This document shows positions 34,212 through 45,369 of a stretch of 64,000 nt of DNA, piece after piece. The position numbers and the translations under genes are program-made. The stretch is from the NCBI GenBank assembly GCA_001600815.1, contig BCKZ01000036.1, forward strand, positions 1 through 64,000, given 5' to 3'. The stretch is from Alloascoidea hylecoeti (taxonomy: Eukaryota). Under the pieces are notes generated by a model. That model did not search any database. It saw nothing but the letters and a program-made list of their open reading frames with translations, and had not been told where the DNA came from. How positions within the stretch are numbered: position 1 is the first letter of the stretch; every line of letters starts with the position of its first letter.

Positions 34212-35768
34212 ATGGGACTTCTCCGCAGACGTCTTATTTCAACAGCATTCGGTGGGATAGCTGCTCTTTTCGCAGGAACCCAATATTTATATTCATCTTA
34301 TTCACCACAGTTAGCTAAAAGATTGGGCTTATCGGCTTCTCATTCCTCCCTAATCGGCTTCAGTTGTGTCGTGGGGGCCACCGTTATGGGTCTTCCAGCT
34401 GGAATGATAATTGATAAAAATAAACCATGGGTCCCTGTTTCCCTAGGTGGTCTACTATTAAGTTTAGGATATACCACTTTTTATTTGTTATATGAACTAC
34501 AATATAGTTCCGTTTGGTTATTATGTTTTGCATCTTTTTCGGTTGGTTGGGGAAGTATTTTGGCATTTTTCGCAGTTACAAAAGTAACAACGTTAAATTT
34601 CCCAAATCATAAAGGTTCTGCAAGTGCTATTCCTATTGCTTGTTATGGATTAGCAAGTATGGTCAATTCTATGATTAAAACTATCTTTTTTAAAGATAAA
34701 ACGGCTGAGTTTTTGTTATTTGAGGCTGCTGCTAGTTTTATCTCCGTGATTCTTGCTGCTGTTTTGGTTGAGGTTGTTCCTAGAGATGAACCCGTCCCAA
34801 TTCAAAGTTCTGATGGTGCTTCTACTTATAGTGTTGATACCCATACTACTCAGGATGCTACTGCTTATTGGGATGTTCATGAATCAAATAGAAAAAATTC
34901 ATTCTTTAATTTACGATTTAATTTAAGGAGATCGACTTCAAACTTCAGCACCAATACTACCACACGTCCATTGTTGATAGATAATGCATACAATAATCCT
35001 TACGATATCGATGCTGAAAACTCAATCCCTTCATCAGAAACAACCAGTATTCAGAATATACCAGTTATCGAAGATGAACCATCTGGTTTAAAACTTTTTC
35101 TTAACAAAGGTTATCTGTTTCATGTTTTAGTTTTAGGATGTATGGCAGGTGTTGGTCAATTATTTATATTTAATGTTGGATTTATGGTAAAAGCATTAGT
35201 ATTATCTGATTCAAGATATTCAATTGATGATGCTCCATTTTTTCAATCATTACAAGTTAGTCTTATATCATTATTTAATTTCTTAGGTCGTTTAAGTTCT
35301 GGTACAATATCTGATTTAATTCATAAACATTTACATGCTCAAAGATTATGGTTAGTTCAATCTGGTGTAATAGCTGCTGTTATTGCACATACTTTAGTCC
35401 TTTATATCGATTCACCATCTTCTTTTGGAATTGTATCTGCTATAGTTGGACTTTCATTTGGTCTTTGTTTTGGTGTTTATCCAACTATTGTTGGTGAAGC
35501 CTTTGGAATGAAAAATTATTCTACAAATTGGGGTTTATTATGTGCATCTCCTTCAATTGTTGCTTATGGTTTAAGTTATTTATTTGGAAGTGTTTATGAT
35601 AAAAATTCAGATCATGATCCAACTCATGGTGAACCTGTTTGTAAAGATGGTCATAATTGTTATTCAAGTGTTTTTGTTTTATCTAGAGGGATTGCAGTCA
35701 TTATTTTTATTTTAGTGTCTATTACTCTTTATTTAAATAGGCATTCACACCTTCGTAATCGTAAATAA
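34212..35768 (+). CDS. MFS transporter, Mch1/nodulin-like family
   Basis: About 12 hydrophobic segments; GTQYLYSSYSPQL, NFPNHKGSA, NFLGRLSSG, C-terminal C.DG..CYS. Confidence 0.88.
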   Translation: MGLLRRRLISTAFGGIAALFAGTQYLYSSYSPQLAKRLGLSASHSSLIGFSCVVGATVMGLPAGMIIDKNKPWVPVSLGGLLLSLGYTTFYLLYELQYSSVWLLCFASFSVGWGSILAFFAVTKVTTLNFPNHKGSASAIPIACYGLASMVNSMIKTIFFKDKTAEFLLFEAAASFISVILAAVLVEVVPRDEPVPIQSSDGASTYSVDTHTTQDATAYWDVHESNRKNSFFNLRFNLRRSTSNFSTNTTTRPLLIDNAYNNPYDIDAENSIPSSETTSIQNIPVIEDEPSGLKLFLNKGYLFHVLVLGCMAGVGQLFIFNVGFMVKALVLSDSRYSIDDAPFFQSLQVSLISLFNFLGRLSSGTISDLIHKHLHAQRLWLVQSGVIAAVIAHTLVLYIDSPSSFGIVSAIVGLSFGLCFGVYPTIVGEAFGMKNYSTNWGLLCASPSIVAYGLSYLFGSVYDKNSDHDPTHGEPVCKDGHNCYSSVFVLSRGIAVIIFILVSITLYLNRHSHLRNRK

Positions 35769-35847
35769 GATTATATAAATATATAGATGAATAATATTTG
35801 GGTATAGGGCAAGTAAGTAAGTAAGTTTATTAACTCTGAGAGTGGTG

Positions 35848-36290
35848 AGGTCGGTTTAATTTGCAACTGTGTAATAAATCTAATAGAAATATATGGGATT
35901 AGAAAGCTGATATAGCTATCACCTGCAATATTTATACACAAGAGCCTAACCACAAATGAGGTATTTGATAGTCAGTGGGAAAACTGTCTCGAGAAAACAA
36001 CATGATAGATAGGCCACCGAACCTGTTAAAGAAATATGAAAAATAAAAATAAAAATAAAAATAAAAAATGATTGCGACGGGAGAGGACACTTCTTTGTGG
36101 GAGTGGTTTGAGGATTTGGAACCAGATCTAGAGTGGAAGGTTTGGATCAACGGATTTGGATAACCCAGCGAGGGGTAGGAGTAGGTGAAGGTTTGGGCTC
36201 CTCAGTGTGGATGGACTGTCTGACGTGTTTATCGGTATGCTTGAGGACATTAGCCCAGGAAAGGGTCTTGGCTTAAAGGAATATATACAT
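35848..36290. ncRNA. Candidate structured non-coding RNA, family unassigned
   Basis: No credible ORF; nested complementary segments in 35848-36024 and a G-rich, strand-asymmetric segment at 36070-36275. Confidence 0.3.
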
Positions 36291-36367
36291 ATATTACCCG
36301 GATATAGCAGCGAAAAAAACTGAAATCTATCTAGAAATCAATATAATTAAGATAGAGCACTTTCATT

Positions 36368-37597
36368 ATGATCAGAGCTTCCTCCATCGGGCTTATCAAA
36401 CGGATTGGTATACGGCCTCAAAGTTTGATTCAACCTGTCAAATATACTCACTATAATGTTTTTAAATCTCATTTAATTATCCAGCCTAATGTTCGTACTA
36501 TTGTTACTAAACCAAAAACATCAACTCCAAGATCTAAAATTCAAAAAATGAGTGAATTTATTAGAGAACAAACCTTCAGAAAGAAATTAACTTGGTCTTT
36601 AATTGCTGTATATTTAGTATTATTTGGTTACACATTTATATATATGAAAAAATCATTTATTAAAGAAAGAGAATTAGCTAGATTATTAACTAAAAAGGAA
36701 AAACAAGGGCTTTCTGAAGATGAAGAAATTGAATATAAAGAATTATTAGGTGAAAAAGTTCATAAAAGGAAGAAAGTCAAAGTTGAAAAAATTGATGAAA
36801 AAGGTAATTCAACCGTTGTTGAAGTTGTTGATACAAGTTATTTAGATGCAATTCCAAAACCTTCTGATACAACCGTGAAATTCGAACAAATGGGTGCAGA
36901 ATATGATAATATTATTAATATGGATGAGAGAATTATGTTTATGGGTTCAAAAAGAAGAAATTTAGTTAGTAACTTAACTGGGGATGTCCTTGAAGTTAGT
37001 TGTGGAACTGGTAGAAATTTAAAATATATTGATTTAAAAAGACTGGATAGTATTACATTTTTAGATTCATCAAGAAAAATGGTTGAAGTTACAATGAAAA
37101 AATTTACTGATAGATTTATTGGTTATAAAAAGGTTGCATTTGTTGTTGGTAAAGCAGAAGAATTACCAAAATTAACAGGTTTAGATGAAAAAGGAAATCC
37201 TAAAATAAAATATGATACAATTTTTGAATCATTTGGTTTATGTTGTCATGAAGATCCAGTTGAAGCATTAAAAAATTTTGAAAAAATTTTAAAACCTGGT
37301 GGTAGAATTATTTTATTAGAACATGGAAGAGGTACTTATGATTTTATTAATAAAATTTTAGATCGAAGAGCTGAAAAACATGCTGAAAAATTTGGATGTC
37401 GTTGGAATTTAGAAATTGGTGAGATTATTGATGATTCTGGATTAGAAGTTGTTTCAATGAAAAGGGCAAATTTAGGAACAACATGGCACATTGTTGCAAA
37501 AAGAAAAAATGATCCAAAGAAATATGAAGAATATACATTCTTTGAGAAATATATAACTCCACCTTCTGCAACTACCAATACTAATGAAAAAAATTAA
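36368..37597 (+). CDS. OMS1: Mitochondrial inner-membrane methyltransferase
   Basis: Presequence, single TM, VLEVSCGTGRN, KYDTIFESFGLC, LKPGGRIILLEHG, GCRWN. Confidence 0.92.
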   Translation: MIRASSIGLIKRIGIRPQSLIQPVKYTHYNVFKSHLIIQPNVRTIVTKPKTSTPRSKIQKMSEFIREQTFRKKLTWSLIAVYLVLFGYTFIYMKKSFIKERELARLLTKKEKQGLSEDEEIEYKELLGEKVHKRKKVKVEKIDEKGNSTVVEVVDTSYLDAIPKPSDTTVKFEQMGAEYDNIINMDERIMFMGSKRRNLVSNLTGDVLEVSCGTGRNLKYIDLKRLDSITFLDSSRKMVEVTMKKFTDRFIGYKKVAFVVGKAEELPKLTGLDEKGNPKIKYDTIFESFGLCCHEDPVEALKNFEKILKPGGRIILLEHGRGTYDFINKILDRRAEKHAEKFGCRWNLEIGEIIDDSGLEVVSMKRANLGTTWHIVAKRKNDPKKYEEYTFFEKYITPPSATTNTNEKN

Positions 37598-37736
37598 ACA
37601 CTTAAAGACTGTTACTAGTGTAAATATTTATAGAGTTTTTAATTGGACTATATTTTTTAGTTAATGTAAATATATATAGTATGTATCAGATGCATTAATA
37701 ATTATTATCTTAATTAACATTAATCTACCTATTGAT

Positions 37737-38846
37737 CTATTTTCTCATCTTTTCAGTAGATAATACCTCTTCCCCTATAGCTTCCATTGTTTCTCTTTCT
37801 ATCAGATCACCGGTTGATTCATATGTCGTACTAGCTTCATAAGCTTCCACTATTCTTACTTCATTAATACTAATTTCACAATGTGCAAGCGCTTTGATAC
37901 AATTTGAATATCGTGATATTCGTTCTCTAATAGCAGGTGGAATCTCATCATTTACATCACTATAAATTTCCCAAGAACTTTCTTCTTCAATTCTTGTTAT
38001 TGATACTGATGCAGCTCCAGGTGTATATCCTCCTTCACCAGTTCCTCCGGATCTAGCTAGAGTTCTACTAGCAACAGCATTGAGATTTTCATCAGCTGAG
38101 TTTAAAGGTTTAGAAAGCCAAATATAACCATTGACTCCTAAAATCACATTAACATTTCCAGGAAGAGCATGTGAATGATTCTTTGATCTAACAATTAAAG
38201 AAGATGGAACAGATACAAAATAACCATTTCGTAATTTACCATATTTTAAAGAACGAGTATGTAATGAAGCAGCACCATCTTGAAATACTGATTGAACTTC
38301 AGCATTTAATAAATCACCTTCTTTTAATAAATTTCTCATTTGTAATTCATCAGATTCTGATTTTCTTCTTAAAACACCACCTGGTAAATTAATTGATCCT
38401 AACATTAATATAGCATCTTGTTTTGCACCAATATCAACTTTCCATCGTTTTTGTCCAACTTCTGTAATTCTACCAATAACATGATCACCAGTTTCTGGTG
38501 AATATCTACCTCTTAAAGGAATAACACTTAAAAGTCTATTTACTCTTGATATTGTTCCAGCTACAGATGAATATGTTTTATTTTCAAGAAAGTATGTTCC
38601 ATGACCTCTATAATTAATTGTTAGATTTTCTAGATAAATTTGATTTCCATTTAAATATCAATTGAATCCATACCTCATCCATATTGGATCATCTGTAATT
38701 AATTCACCAGGAGTTATCACACTTGAAGCTAATCCATTTTCATCGGTTACTCTTCCAAACCCAACATCCCCCATTTCAATATCCGAATCTTCATCATCGA
38801 TATCCCTTCGACCTTTTCCAGGTCTTGATATTGTAATTACTTCCAT
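37737..38846 (-). CDS. RRP4: Exosome subunit Rrp4 (intron 38673-38608)
   Basis: VITPGELITDDPIWMR|GHGTY, LPGGVLRRKSESDELQMR, LHTRSLKYGKLRNG. Confidence 0.95.
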
Positions 38847-38971
38847 TATATTATTTTCTAAATTTAAATAGATGAAAATAGATGAAATAATCTTTTCTTC
38901 ATGTTTGATGAAACCGGGTAACAATATCGAAACGCATAATTTTTCAAATACATCTTAAAATTTGAAAATTA

Positions 38972-40531
38972 ATGTTTTTTGGTAAAACTTTGAATATTAC
39001 CAAAAGACATTTTAATTATTCAATATTTCTAAAAAACACTTATAATACATTCTATAAACATCAATTTATAACACACAAAATAAATATATTAAGACCTTAT
39101 AGTGCTACAATGACTGCAATAACATATACAAGATATAATCCTCCAGTTAACAGATCAATGATTGAATTAGATAGAGATTTTTTTAAAAGAGATTTCCCGG
39201 TAGTAGCAGCTTTTATTCCAGATCCAAAAAATATAGGTCCATTTATGAAAAAATGTCGTGTTGATATTTTAGATATTCCAAAATTTCACATTGTAACAAT
39301 TCAAAAAGATAATAAACCAACAAAAGTTGTTTTATTAGATTATCCAACAATTGAAGATGCTAAAAAATCAGCAAGTCTTGAAACTCTATCAGCATTGAAT
39401 GAATTTAATGTTGAATTACAATCACATATTATAACATTAGATTATTCATGTTGGAAAACAGAAGATATTTTACACAGTGTTTTACCAATTGATTTATTAG
39501 ATGGTGCACCTGCTACTTTTGCAATGACTGGTCATGTAGCTCATATAAATTTAAGAGATGAATATTTACCATACAAAAAATTAATTGGTCAAGTTATTTT
39601 AGATAAAAATCCAACAATAAAAACGGTTGTTAATAAAGTTGATAACATTGCAACGAAATTTAGAACTTTTAAAATGGAAGTTTTAGTTGGTGATACAAAT
39701 CTTGATGTTGAAAAAAGAGAATCAGATTGTATATTTCAATTCAATTATTCACAAGTTTATTGGAATTCAAAACTTCATACAGAACATGAAAGATTAGTTA
39801 AGAAATTTAAACCATTTGAGATTGTTGGTGATGTTTTTGCAGGTGTTGGTCCATTTGCAGTACCTGGTGGTAAAAAGAAAGTAGTTGTTTTGGCTAATGA
39901 TTTAAATCCTCATAGTTATGAATCACTAAAGAATAATATTAAATTAAACAAAGTTGGAAAGTTTGTGTTTCCTTTTAATCAAGATGGTGCTGAATTTATT
40001 AAGAATTCTGTATCAACCTTGAAGAAGGTGGTTGAAAACAATCCAAAGCTTTTCATTGATGAACCAAAACCACCAAAACGTCATTCCAAAAGACAAAAAT
40101 TGGAACCAAATTCAAAAGAAGGTGCTGATATAGAATCAGTAGCCGTTGAAAGAATAGCAAGAGAAGGCCCAAAACTATTCGAACATTTCGTTATGAATCT
40201 TCCTGACAGTGCAATTACGTTTTTACACCACTTTATTGGAATTTACGATAACTCATATGTTCGTTCAATAAGAGATTCAAACTTATCAGATTTTACTTTA
40301 CCATTTATTCACGTTCATTGTTTTCAAAAACATGATGTAGATGAAAAACCATCAAAAGAAGAAATACAAAAACGAATATGGGAAAGAATTGTTGATGAAT
40401 TACAGTTTGAAATTCCAATACAAGAGTGTGAATTTCATCATGTTCGAGATGTTGCACCAACCAAACCCATGTATTGTGTGTCTTTTAAATTACCAGAAGA
40501 GGTTGCTTTCCGACAAAAAAGTTCGTCTTAA
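38972..40531 (+). CDS. TRM5: tRNA (guanine37-N1)-methyltransferase
   Basis: GHVAHINLR, VYWNSKLHTEHERL, DVFAGVGPFAVP, VMNLP, VRDVAPTK; N-terminal presequence-like extension before a second ATG. Confidence 0.96.
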   Translation: MFFGKTLNITKRHFNYSIFLKNTYNTFYKHQFITHKINILRPYSATMTAITYTRYNPPVNRSMIELDRDFFKRDFPVVAAFIPDPKNIGPFMKKCRVDILDIPKFHIVTIQKDNKPTKVVLLDYPTIEDAKKSASLETLSALNEFNVELQSHIITLDYSCWKTEDILHSVLPIDLLDGAPATFAMTGHVAHINLRDEYLPYKKLIGQVILDKNPTIKTVVNKVDNIATKFRTFKMEVLVGDTNLDVEKRESDCIFQFNYSQVYWNSKLHTEHERLVKKFKPFEIVGDVFAGVGPFAVPGGKKKVVVLANDLNPHSYESLKNNIKLNKVGKFVFPFNQDGAEFIKNSVSTLKKVVENNPKLFIDEPKPPKRHSKRQKLEPNSKEGADIESVAVERIAREGPKLFEHFVMNLPDSAITFLHHFIGIYDNSYVRSIRDSNLSDFTLPFIHVHCFQKHDVDEKPSKEEIQKRIWERIVDELQFEIPIQECEFHHVRDVAPTKPMYCVSFKLPEEVAFRQKSSS

Positions 40532-40607
40532 TTCATTTATACTTTATTCATGTGCATATTTTAACTTGTATAGAAGATATAACTAATTGTGAGTAGTAAT
40601 CTAAATT

Positions 40608-41603
40608 TTAATATGGATATTCTAGTTCACCATCAATATTGCTCCAAAAATCCTCTATAAATTTCTTTTGATCTTCTTCTGGAGCACCTCTTACTGCAAG
40701 ATAAAGTCTACCATCAACTGGAATATCCCATTTACCGGGATTTGCACTAACCATTCTACCTCCGGTTTCTTCTAAAATAACCCATCCAGCACAAACATCC
40801 CATGCCCAGCATCCACCTTCCTAAATTATTACTTCAATTAGTTATCATTCTATTTTGTAGTATAAATATTTATTAGTGGATACATACCCAATATGCGTCT
40901 ACTTCACCAGTAGCAGTTTGAGCAATATTCATAGCAGCAGATCCAAAACTTCTAAAACCATGGACCAACGCAGTACCTTCTTCATCTGCCAAATTCTTGA
41001 AAGTATTAGTTTTCACTTTAAAATTATTACCAATTCTTCCGGTTCCCCATTCAATAGCCAATAAACTTGTATCTAAAGACAATGGTCTAGTCAATTTCGG
41101 AAGTGGATTCCCATTTAAAAATGCACCTTTTCCCTTAATTGCTGAATATAATAGATCTAAATGAGGATTATAAATAACACCAACGGTAGGTACTTTATTA
41201 ACTGAAAACCCAAGGGATGTAACGGAAAAGGGCAATCCATGAATAAAGTTGGTAGTTCCATCAATTGGATCAACAATAAAAGTTGGTTCATCTGTAAGTT
41301 GTTTTCCTGGAGTATAAGATTCTTCACCAAAGAATTTATAATCTGGAAATTGTTCAATTAATGTCTTATTGATGAGATCTTCAACTTTTTTATCAGTTTC
41401 AGTAACAAAATCAACAGCTAGGTAATAATTTTCTGTTAATATACAATTATTATAACTAGTACTTAATAGCATAAGCTGGTGTACTCACTTCCTTTATTGA
41501 CGTAACCCATTTTCCCAGCTTTGTCTTTGATTATTTGACCAGCTTCCTTGGCTGCTGCCACGAGTGCATCTCTAACTTTCTCCAAATCGATTGAATTTGG
41601 CAT
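40608..41603 (-). CDS. Inositol monophosphatase (introns 41488-41418, 40887-40821)
   Basis: DFVTETD, GEES, VDPIDGTTNFIHG, YW|EGGCWAWDV; INM1/INM2 family. Confidence 0.93.
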
Positions 41604-41792
41604 TTTGAATTATATTATACAAGTAACAAAATGGTAGGAAAATGGTATTTTATATATTTCATCACGTGATGCTATTTTGTAATTATAAAACGTTTTTGTC
41701 ATTATAATTGATACATTTTCCGTTAATTATAATTACAAAGAAATTTGTTACTTATGGCCAGATTTCTTTAATTTATAGAGAATTTAATATAC

Positions 41793-41834
41793 TTGCTAAT
41801 TGCTAATTGCTAATTGCTAGTTCCTAATTCCTAG
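41793..41834. repeat. Six-unit heptamer tandem repeat TT(G/C)CTA(A/G)
   Basis: ttgctaa x3, ttgctag, ttcctaa, ttcctag. Confidence 0.85.
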
Positions 41835-42109
41835 TTTGTAGGGTGAGATGACACTGGTCCAACAGCCATAATAAATACAAAATCTAAAACTTATACTTTA
41901 AAATTTAACAAAATTATGTATTGCCTCTATAAATTGTATACTCATCTTTGGTGATACACAGGAGACTCTGCCAGTTGTTTTTTTATCGCTGTAAAAAGTC
42001 TTTAGTGTCTCTCACCAGGTGGAATACGCCGTAAAGATATCTTCGCATAATTCACTATTTCCCCGATTTCTTCAATGTTAAGAATAGCTACAGTCTTGGA
42101 AATTCGCTC

Positions 42110-42480
42110 ACGCCTGAATTAACTCTATTAGATGGCCATTTCAAAGCTTTCCAGTACTGGTACATGTAGTCATTGTAGCGGATTAAGTGCTAAGTGTTTT
42201 GTTGGGTCTAGCACATCTATCACATAACGCCGACAGCAACCTTCATCAGAAAAAAAATCGAATATTGTTCCATAAAATCGGCCAACCACTTCATATTATA
42301 TATTCATCAAATTCTTAGTGTGCACTCCGTATGCAATAGACCTACAGTTTATTTTCAATAAGTTTGGTTGTGTTTTTTCCATTATTGCACTTCAAGACCT
42401 CTCTGGATCGAATACCTATTTTTTGAAACGAGAAAGTATGTTTTTCGAGGTCCAGTTTCATGAAGTAAACCATAGTATTA
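42110..42480 (-). mobile_element. Second, older Tc1/mariner transposase relic
   Basis: Broken minus-strand frames give KIGIRSREVLK, WNNI..FSDE (first catalytic D context) and LKWPSN, in the expected order. Confidence 0.5.
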
Positions 42481-45369
42481 TTAATACACATTTCTCATAT
42501 TTTCTTCAACACATATTATTATAAATGAAATTATACCTGTACAGAAATACTTGAGAGTCATTTAGCTATATCTGGTGATTTCCTATTATTAAGTATAATA
42601 ACTACCCAATTATAAAGAGAGGAAATCAAAATAACTTAAACTTCTTCAATTTCGACAAAGTCAAAAAAAAAGAGAAGCAATATAATTTAGAAGCTCATCC
42701 TTTGAGAATTTAACGCTAATTTAGGTGAAGTTCTTTTTGAGTATATAAATAGCTTTTCTTTATTTTCTTTGCTTCCCTTCTTTCGTTCTTTAGTCTTGTT
42801 TTAATAATTAATTATTATCTATGATATCGCTTTAAGATCACCAATCGGTCCTTAATTGTTCAATAATATATAAAAGTTTATCCCAGTCTTTTAAACTTAT
42901 ACAGTTACAGAGTTAGTAAATACATAACCATTTATTGTTAAAGTTCAAAGAAGGAACAAAATTTATAATAAGTAGTAAGAATAAATTTAAAAAAGTCAGC
43001 AAAATTGCAAATCTTAAAACATAATAATTATCGAGCTCATTATTCTTTCTCCCAAACAATATCAAAATCAAAATTAATGAAATTTAATGTAATTGTTACT
43101 GAAATGAAAGAAGAAACATCTCAGTTAATCATCTAATGAATGACGTGTGTATAATTCATGAATTGCAAAATATCATCATAATTTTATTTTAGTTTATTCA
43201 AACTAAGTAACCCCACGAATAACCCCAACGGCAAGCGAAATACGCTAGAAATAATATTAGATTCGAGAATATCTATGAAAACTAAAGATATATATATATA
43301 TATAATTCCTAAACTGGTAATTTAACAAGTATTCCAACCATCATCATTGTGGATAAATCAATCAGTTAAATTTGGAACATGTTTTATTGGAGCTCAAGAA
43401 GGAAGTAAATAAATATCAGCCTTTTTCAATTGTATGACTATTATATAACTATAAGATTTCAACCTGATGAGGAGAATCGGGATGCTAAAATATGTAGGAA
43501 TGAGTTGAAATTGAAAGTATAATGAAGTAATTGAAACACAGACACAAAATGTAAACGCTGATATACAATCGCAATTAGTGGACTAATTCTAATTAAGGGC
43601 TAATTAAATGTAAGCGCCAGACAGTAGCTATAATTAACACAAAACAAATATAATTGGTATTTACAGAATGAAAATGAATTGTGGTTTGATATTTTTGTAG
43701 GTTAGCATAGTTTGTTTTGTGTTCTATTAGTAAACTGGCCACAATTAATGTATAATGTTTGAATCAATAATATGTCTCTATGTAATAGAAATATTTTGAT
43801 CCAAATGCCAGAAATAATCGTAAATGTTATATATCAAGAAATTTAAAAACATCATAATTGAAATTAGAAGGAATACCAATTACTAAAATTAGTTTGCATT
43901 CAAGGATATCAAGCTCATATATGTTCAACTCCCCTAATTAAGCTTTAAGTTTATAAATGATAACTATTACGGGCACTATGCTAGGTTGAAAATAATAGTT
44001 ACCTTGGTTTAGTGAGGAATCTACGACGAGTACTGTGAAGTTACTGGCAATTGGATGGAGTAAAAACACTTTATATGTATATAGCTAAAGTAGTACGAGA
44101 TGATCAGGAATCCACATAACATAATATTGTAACTATATATGGTTGATGATGTAGAAGTGAAGGTTCATTAAGTGATTTACAGATATAGTTATAGTATATC
44201 CACAATAAATACAGATCATAGTATGGCAGAGATCATGTACAATAATCAAAACTTTAATGACAACTAAAAAGTTCAGAATATTTTCAATTTGATTGCACAA
44301 AATCTATCTTTTATATTGTGATCATACATATTCCTAATCAAAATTGCATAACCATTCTCTTTTGAATGTTTGCCATGATTGTAATTGGTTGAAAAACTTT
44401 CCAATTGAGTTGTAATTGAAATAAATTCAAATTTATCATTGTCTTAATTACCGGTATAAGCTTTGTCGTAAGCACAAGATTTTAAGATTAGGAACACATC
44501 AAACAAAAAGACAATCTTTAACAAATAATACTTTAGGAACTCCAAATTTACGTTCTAGTATCTTAAATACCGTAGTTAATGCTTCTTCTTCATCATCAAC
44601 ATCACCTGCCTGAAGATGAAAATGCAGTTGTTGTTATTAGCTATAGTGAAAATATGTCTTCTGTTATATTAAATCATTTTTCAAGATTTTACATTAGAAA
44701 ATTTACAACCAGCAAATGTTGATTCTCCTACAAGTCCTTCAAACTCACCAATTAAAACAACAAAAAATAAAACTGTTCCTTTATTAATGGATAAAACTTG
44801 GATAAAATTAACTTATAAAATAGTCCAAATAAAAATAATTCAAATTCTTTAAATAATGACAATTCAATGGATATCTAAAAAAGCACAAAATTTAGTATTT
44901 GGATGGGATGATTTGTGAAAACAATTAGATAATAATAGATCTATATATATAAAACATAATATGATGCAATTCTTGTTGTATAATAATCACTAATATTAAT
45001 TTATATTATATTAGCTTACAATTTGGCATTTTAATAGCAGATTTAAATAACAAAAAATAAATCATATCTCTTTTCGTAATGTTGAAAAATCAGTTGCCCC
45101 TAATATAACAAAAGTTTAAAAGTTTAAAAGTAAAAGTTAATTTATTTTGTTATAATTTATTACGTGGTCTAAATTAAGTGAAGTGGTTATTTAAGCTAAT
45201 ACCTATATAGAGATAGTTGAATAAATCGAATGACATAAATGTTTGATTATTTGATCCTATTGTCTTACTTAGGAGTAGTTAATCCTCTTGATACTATACA
45301 ATATAACAAAATGTGCTATTCATAATATTAAATTTTATATTTATTTACAGTTATATCAAATTTAGAATA

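Noticed and set aside
35840..36030. RNase P RNA (P4-like AGGUUCGGU/ACCGACCU pairing) or U1 snRNA (AUUUGUGG Sm-like site)
   Set aside because: Lacks the GGAA of CR-I and the expected CR-IV/V spacing; no ACTTACCT 5' end for U1.
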